Assembly: GCA_028534125.1 (NCBI GenBank)
Contig: CM052818.1
Location: 45,448,001 to 45,512,000 of the forward strand
Direction of reading: 5' to 3'
Source: Lama glama
Taxonomy: Eukaryota
DNA length: 64,000 nucleotides
This document shows, one piece after another, positions 59,618 to 64,000 of this stretch. How positions within the stretch are numbered: the first letter of the stretch is position 1; every line of letters begins with the position of its first letter. A program made the translations under genes and the position numbers. The notes beneath the pieces are model-generated. The model was not told the origin of the DNA, did no database searches, and was given only the letters and a program-made list of their open reading frames with translations.

Positions 59618-60566
59618 TCCACGACTATTTCTTGGCATTAGGCAGCTACTGAAGAACAGGCTGCACAAGATTTATAGACACAGTGACGGCTGCAGGGACA
59701 CAGGAGGGCCAAGTTTACAAACAGCAGCTGGACCCACCAAGCCCACCTGTACTGGAGCACGCTAAAGGCCACGGGCCAACACAAAACTCAGAGAATTCCG
59801 TTTATTTGATCATTTTAATACAGGAAATGCCAATCAACAAGGGAGAGGAACCTCACGTGGATGCCTGCGTTCACAACGCGGGCGGGCGCGGCTCCGCAGC
59901 CCTGGGCACGCATGCATGTCCTTTTGAAACGGGCAGATTGAGTGCATAAATACCACAAAATAACCAGGCTCAGAGGGGTCACAGGCCACGAGGGAATCAC
60001 GCTTCAAAGGCAATCCAGGCATTAAATACGGGGCCTACACATTACATTTCACTTCACCATACGTATAACTTATATATTCAAAGAAAGGCGACCACAGTAT
60101 ATATACGTGCAAGCGGCTTTGAGAGAAAACAGACGAGCTGGGTGGAGCCATGCACAGGGAGGGCTTGCCCATCCACTCTCCCTCCGTTCTTGTCCCCATC
60201 TTTTCCAGAGTCACCTGTGATCACAAAATAAAACCAGCTGGCCTCGGTGCGATCTTAGAAAGTCCCACCAGGATCCTCTGTGTGTCCTCTGGGCTCCCTG
60301 CGGGCGGAGAGCTGCCCCAGAAGCAGAAGCGGGGACACTGGGAGTCTTGCATGTAAACACATCCCCGGGGTCGCCCTGGAGGGACCAGGGAGGGGGCGGG
60401 AGGAGGCCAGGTGGAGGAGGGAGGCGGCCGCCAGGCGGGCAGGTGCGATGTGCCGCTTGGCCACCCCGGGAGAGCAGGAATGATTGAGGAGGCATCCACT
60501 TCTGCAAGCAAAGCTTAAATGGCAAGACAAGCCTGTGTTTCTCTGCACTGTCCAGACGTCGATCCC

Positions 60567-60815
<249 letters not shown>

Positions 60816-63397
60816 TCACTTCAAAAACCCTTTTTTGCTTTCACCGTCCACCGCAAAGCCCGGACGTCCCAGTGCGGCAGCCTGCTGCGGCTGCGGGATG
60901 ATTTAAATCCTTTTAGAAATTGCCCCATGCTTTATTTAAGAAAGGTGTACCTCATCCAGAAAGAACGTGGCCTTTGCATCTAATCCAGGGCTGAGAGGGC
61001 CATGGCTGGGGAGAACTGAGCCCCCCAAGTCACTGCCCAGGGAATGGTTCCCCACCCGCCCAGCTTGGCCATCCCCTGGTGGCAGCACGGGCCTGCTGCT
61101 CCCGCTGGGGGACTCCTCTCTGCCCCTTGAGGGGCAAGAGGACTAGAAAGCGGCGGGCAGGCTACAGGCCCACCGGTGCCTCCCTCCTCCTCAGTCCCTC
61201 CTGCTCCAAGGACCCGGTTACTCCTGGGACCAGGAGACAGGGAAGCAGGTTTTAAATTCAAGGTGCTGTAGAAAAGGGAGTTCTAGAGGCACCAATGCTG
61301 GTGACCCACATGCGCCCTCCCTGGTGGTACGGCTACCAGGATGCAGACGCGGGAGGGACTTGGGTTTGAAGCAAACCCTACATTCTGCCAACACGTGCCC
61401 TGGGAAGACTGATTCTTGCCTCTGCGTTCGAGGCTGTGCAGCGGTAAAATGAAACAGCACCTTTTACCCTGAAGGACAGCAGCCAAGGAGCTCAGATTCC
61501 ATGCCGAGCACACGAAGGCTCCCAGCTCTGCAACCAGGGGCAAGAGCCCCACATTCCTACATCCCAGGGTCCTCATTTGTGTGGTGGGATCATGGGAACT
61601 CCCATCTCAAAGGGCCACCAGGAGGACCGATGGGGAGGATGTGTTCGAGGGGTTCGGCCCATGCCTCGCCTGCAGGATGCACCCAGCTAGTGAGCTGTGG
61701 CCGGGAAGCCAGGTGCAATGGGATACATCCCGCCAGGCAGGGGCCTCCCACCTGCCCACTGCCGAGAGGGATGCCCCCTCCTGTGGGTCCCCAGCAAGGG
61801 GGGCAGACAGGCTGGCCCCACAGGAGACTAAACAACCCCATGCTAAGGGATAGACTGGGAAGGGAGTGGGCAGTCAGTCACCCCTTCAGCAAGATAGGTC
61901 TCCAGGACCCTCCGATGATGCAGAGGGCTACTGGGCTTTGTCGCCCTACATATGGCTGGTGGGGACTTTTACTGGCCACTCCCCCACCCTCTGGTCTGTG
62001 ACCACTCAGGGTGAGGAGGTTCTGAAAGCACAAGCCCCTTCCTCCTGGCAGAAAGCAAGGCGGGCAAGGGGCTGGGGGTCCCTGAGCACAGTCTGTCCGG
62101 CAGCCGTCAGGGTGGTCCTGGTGCTTTTCCAGGTTCAGTTCACAGGAGAGCATCACTTTAGTGACACCTGTGCTGTGCACTGGAGAAAACCCGTTGGCCA
62201 CCCCCATCGGGCATTTGGGGCAGAGCTTGGCTTTCCCAGGGCAGCAGGGAAGGTGAGACAGGGCCGTCCACTCCTGGACCATCCTGCTTCACTCTTCTCT
62301 CCTCCAGCATTGCCTCTTCTGTCCCCTCCCCAAGGGACGGATGGACCCCGGGGCTCAACCTGGGAAGGTGCCTGGAGCCGGCCCTCCGAGGGTCGGGGCG
62401 GAGGGTGGTTGAGGGTGGAGGGCCGGGCGCTGTGCCATGAGCTCTACAAGCATGGTCTCATCGAATCCTCGCAACTGTGAGACTGAACTTATTGTCCCCA
62501 TTTCACAGAGGAGTAAACTGAGGCTCGGGAGAGCCAAGACTCCATGCAGGTCTGTTGAACCCAAAGCCTGTGCCTTCCTACCCTGGAGGGTGGAAGACAC
62601 GTTTTAAATCAGCCCAAAGGCAATGCCAGGCAGGAGCCACTTTGTTTCACGTGGGAACATGTTTTGAAACCTGTTCCTTTGCCGCTGACATGCCTGCAGC
62701 CACGCCACACACTTGCCCCTGCTGGCTCTCCTCTGCCTCATCCTCAAGCTGCACTTTAGGGTTTAGAGAGCACTTCTCTGTGCATTAGCTTATTTTTAAT
62801 TTCCAGCACAGCCCAGGGGGTATTTTTTTTTTCTTTTCTAAATGCTGCGTCTCTATCATTCAAAAGCAAAGCAGACCTGGTTTGGGGACTGCACTTGACA
62901 ACGCCGGTGGGAGGCGGGGAGCCATCAAGTTTCATAGCTACCCTCCCCGGCGTGGCTCCTGCAGAAGCTCACGGCTAATGCAGAGAAGGAAACTTGGGGC
63001 ACATCCTCCCTGTATGACCAGCCACTTCTGCTGCTGCGGTGCGGTCCCAGAGACCCTGGCCCAGCTGCTGCGGGCCAGCACGTCCCAGCAGAGCCCCCAG
63101 GGGCCACTGGGGCATGTCAGAATGATGGGGTGCAAAGGGACTCGCTTCCCCTGCCTCTTCTCCCCAGGACAGGTCCATGTCTCCCCATTCTAGAATCGAG
63201 GAGACTATGGCTCAGGGGAGCAGGACTCTGGCCCAGGTGTCCCCGCCTCTGAGCCCTGGCTCTCCCCTCTGCAACTGCACTGACCGGGCAAGGCTGGGGG
63301 GGTGCTGTCGAGGACTGAGAAGCTGCAGAGGGGGAGGGAAGGGTCCCAGACACATCTCTGCTCCCAGCGGCGCGGCAGAGACACACAGGGTTCCTAC

Positions 63398-63503
63398 CGT
63401 CGTTGTTGGTGTCCATCTGCCTGAAGATCTTGTCCGTCCGTTTCTCCGGAGTGGACTCGTCCTCGGGCATCTTCATCACGGAGGACACCATTTTGTATAT
63501 AGC
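63398..63503 (-). CDS. HPCAL1: Hippocalcin-like protein 1 (VILIP-3), penultimate coding exon
   Basis: Minus strand tttgcag|GCTATATAC...AACGACG|gtagg, 106 nt; [35 protein letters not shown], the start of EF-hand 4. Confidence 0.96.
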
Positions 63504-64000
63504 CTGCAAAGGGGCGCAAGACGTGTGTGCTCCGAGGTTCCGGGCTGTTCCCCGGCGAGCGGGGCACAGGTGTGAGCTTCCGCACAGCCCATGGCCGGAT
63601 GAGAGGGCCGGATGCTCACCCTTCCCCGGCTATAATGTTCCCTGGTCCTCCCAACAGTGTGGATGCGTATCACAGACGGCAGGTGAGCGAAAGGCGCCAG
63701 GCTCATTTACGTGAAGTTCAAGAACAGGCCAAACCACCCACTGCGACAGTGGAAATGCTCCAGAACTCACCGAGGATGATGACACGAGCATATGTGTGCA
63801 CAGCCTGCCACACTGCACACGGAGCCGTGCACACTTAACCATGGGGTCACGGTACCTCCGGTAAAAGCTAAAAAGACTTAGTCCCTGAACCCCACCAGCC
63901 CCAGCAAGGACAGGGCCAGGGCGGCAGTTCTGTCCAGCAGGACAGAGAACCTTCTCTCAGGGGCACTGCCATCCAAGGGCTTGGCACCATTGCTGGCAGT

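Overview
Mammalian genomic DNA, most likely a camelid (alpaca/camel), judged from tRNA-derived Vic-1-type SINEs. The window holds the complete ornithine decarboxylase gene ODC1 on the + strand. It has a CpG-island/TATA promoter near 44.6 kb, two non-coding exons, and ten coding exons (47514-51294) that splice into an intact 461-aa ORF. ODC1 intron 1 hosts an H/ACA snoRNA of the SNORA80/SNORA42 family whose two guide pockets match 18S rRNA. Exon 1 carries a 10-codon uORF, and MYC-type E-boxes flank the start site. The last two coding exons and 3' UTR of HPCAL1 lie convergently on the - strand (~59.6-63.5 kb). The first ~44 kb is intergenic and repeat-rich (L1, L2, MIR, MaLR/ERVL/ERV1 LTRs, hAT MERs, young SINEs and L1 tails with target-site duplications) and contains one 100-N gap. 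I found no convincing novel protein-coding system, and almost all ORF-track entries are spurious. The best leads are regulatory or RNA-level: the snoRNA, the uORF and tandem 5'-UTR acceptors, a CATGTG E-box variant, a solo ERV1 LTR, a candidate CTCF boundary and two candidate distal elements. Repeat family names come from recognising consensus sequence, not from a database search.
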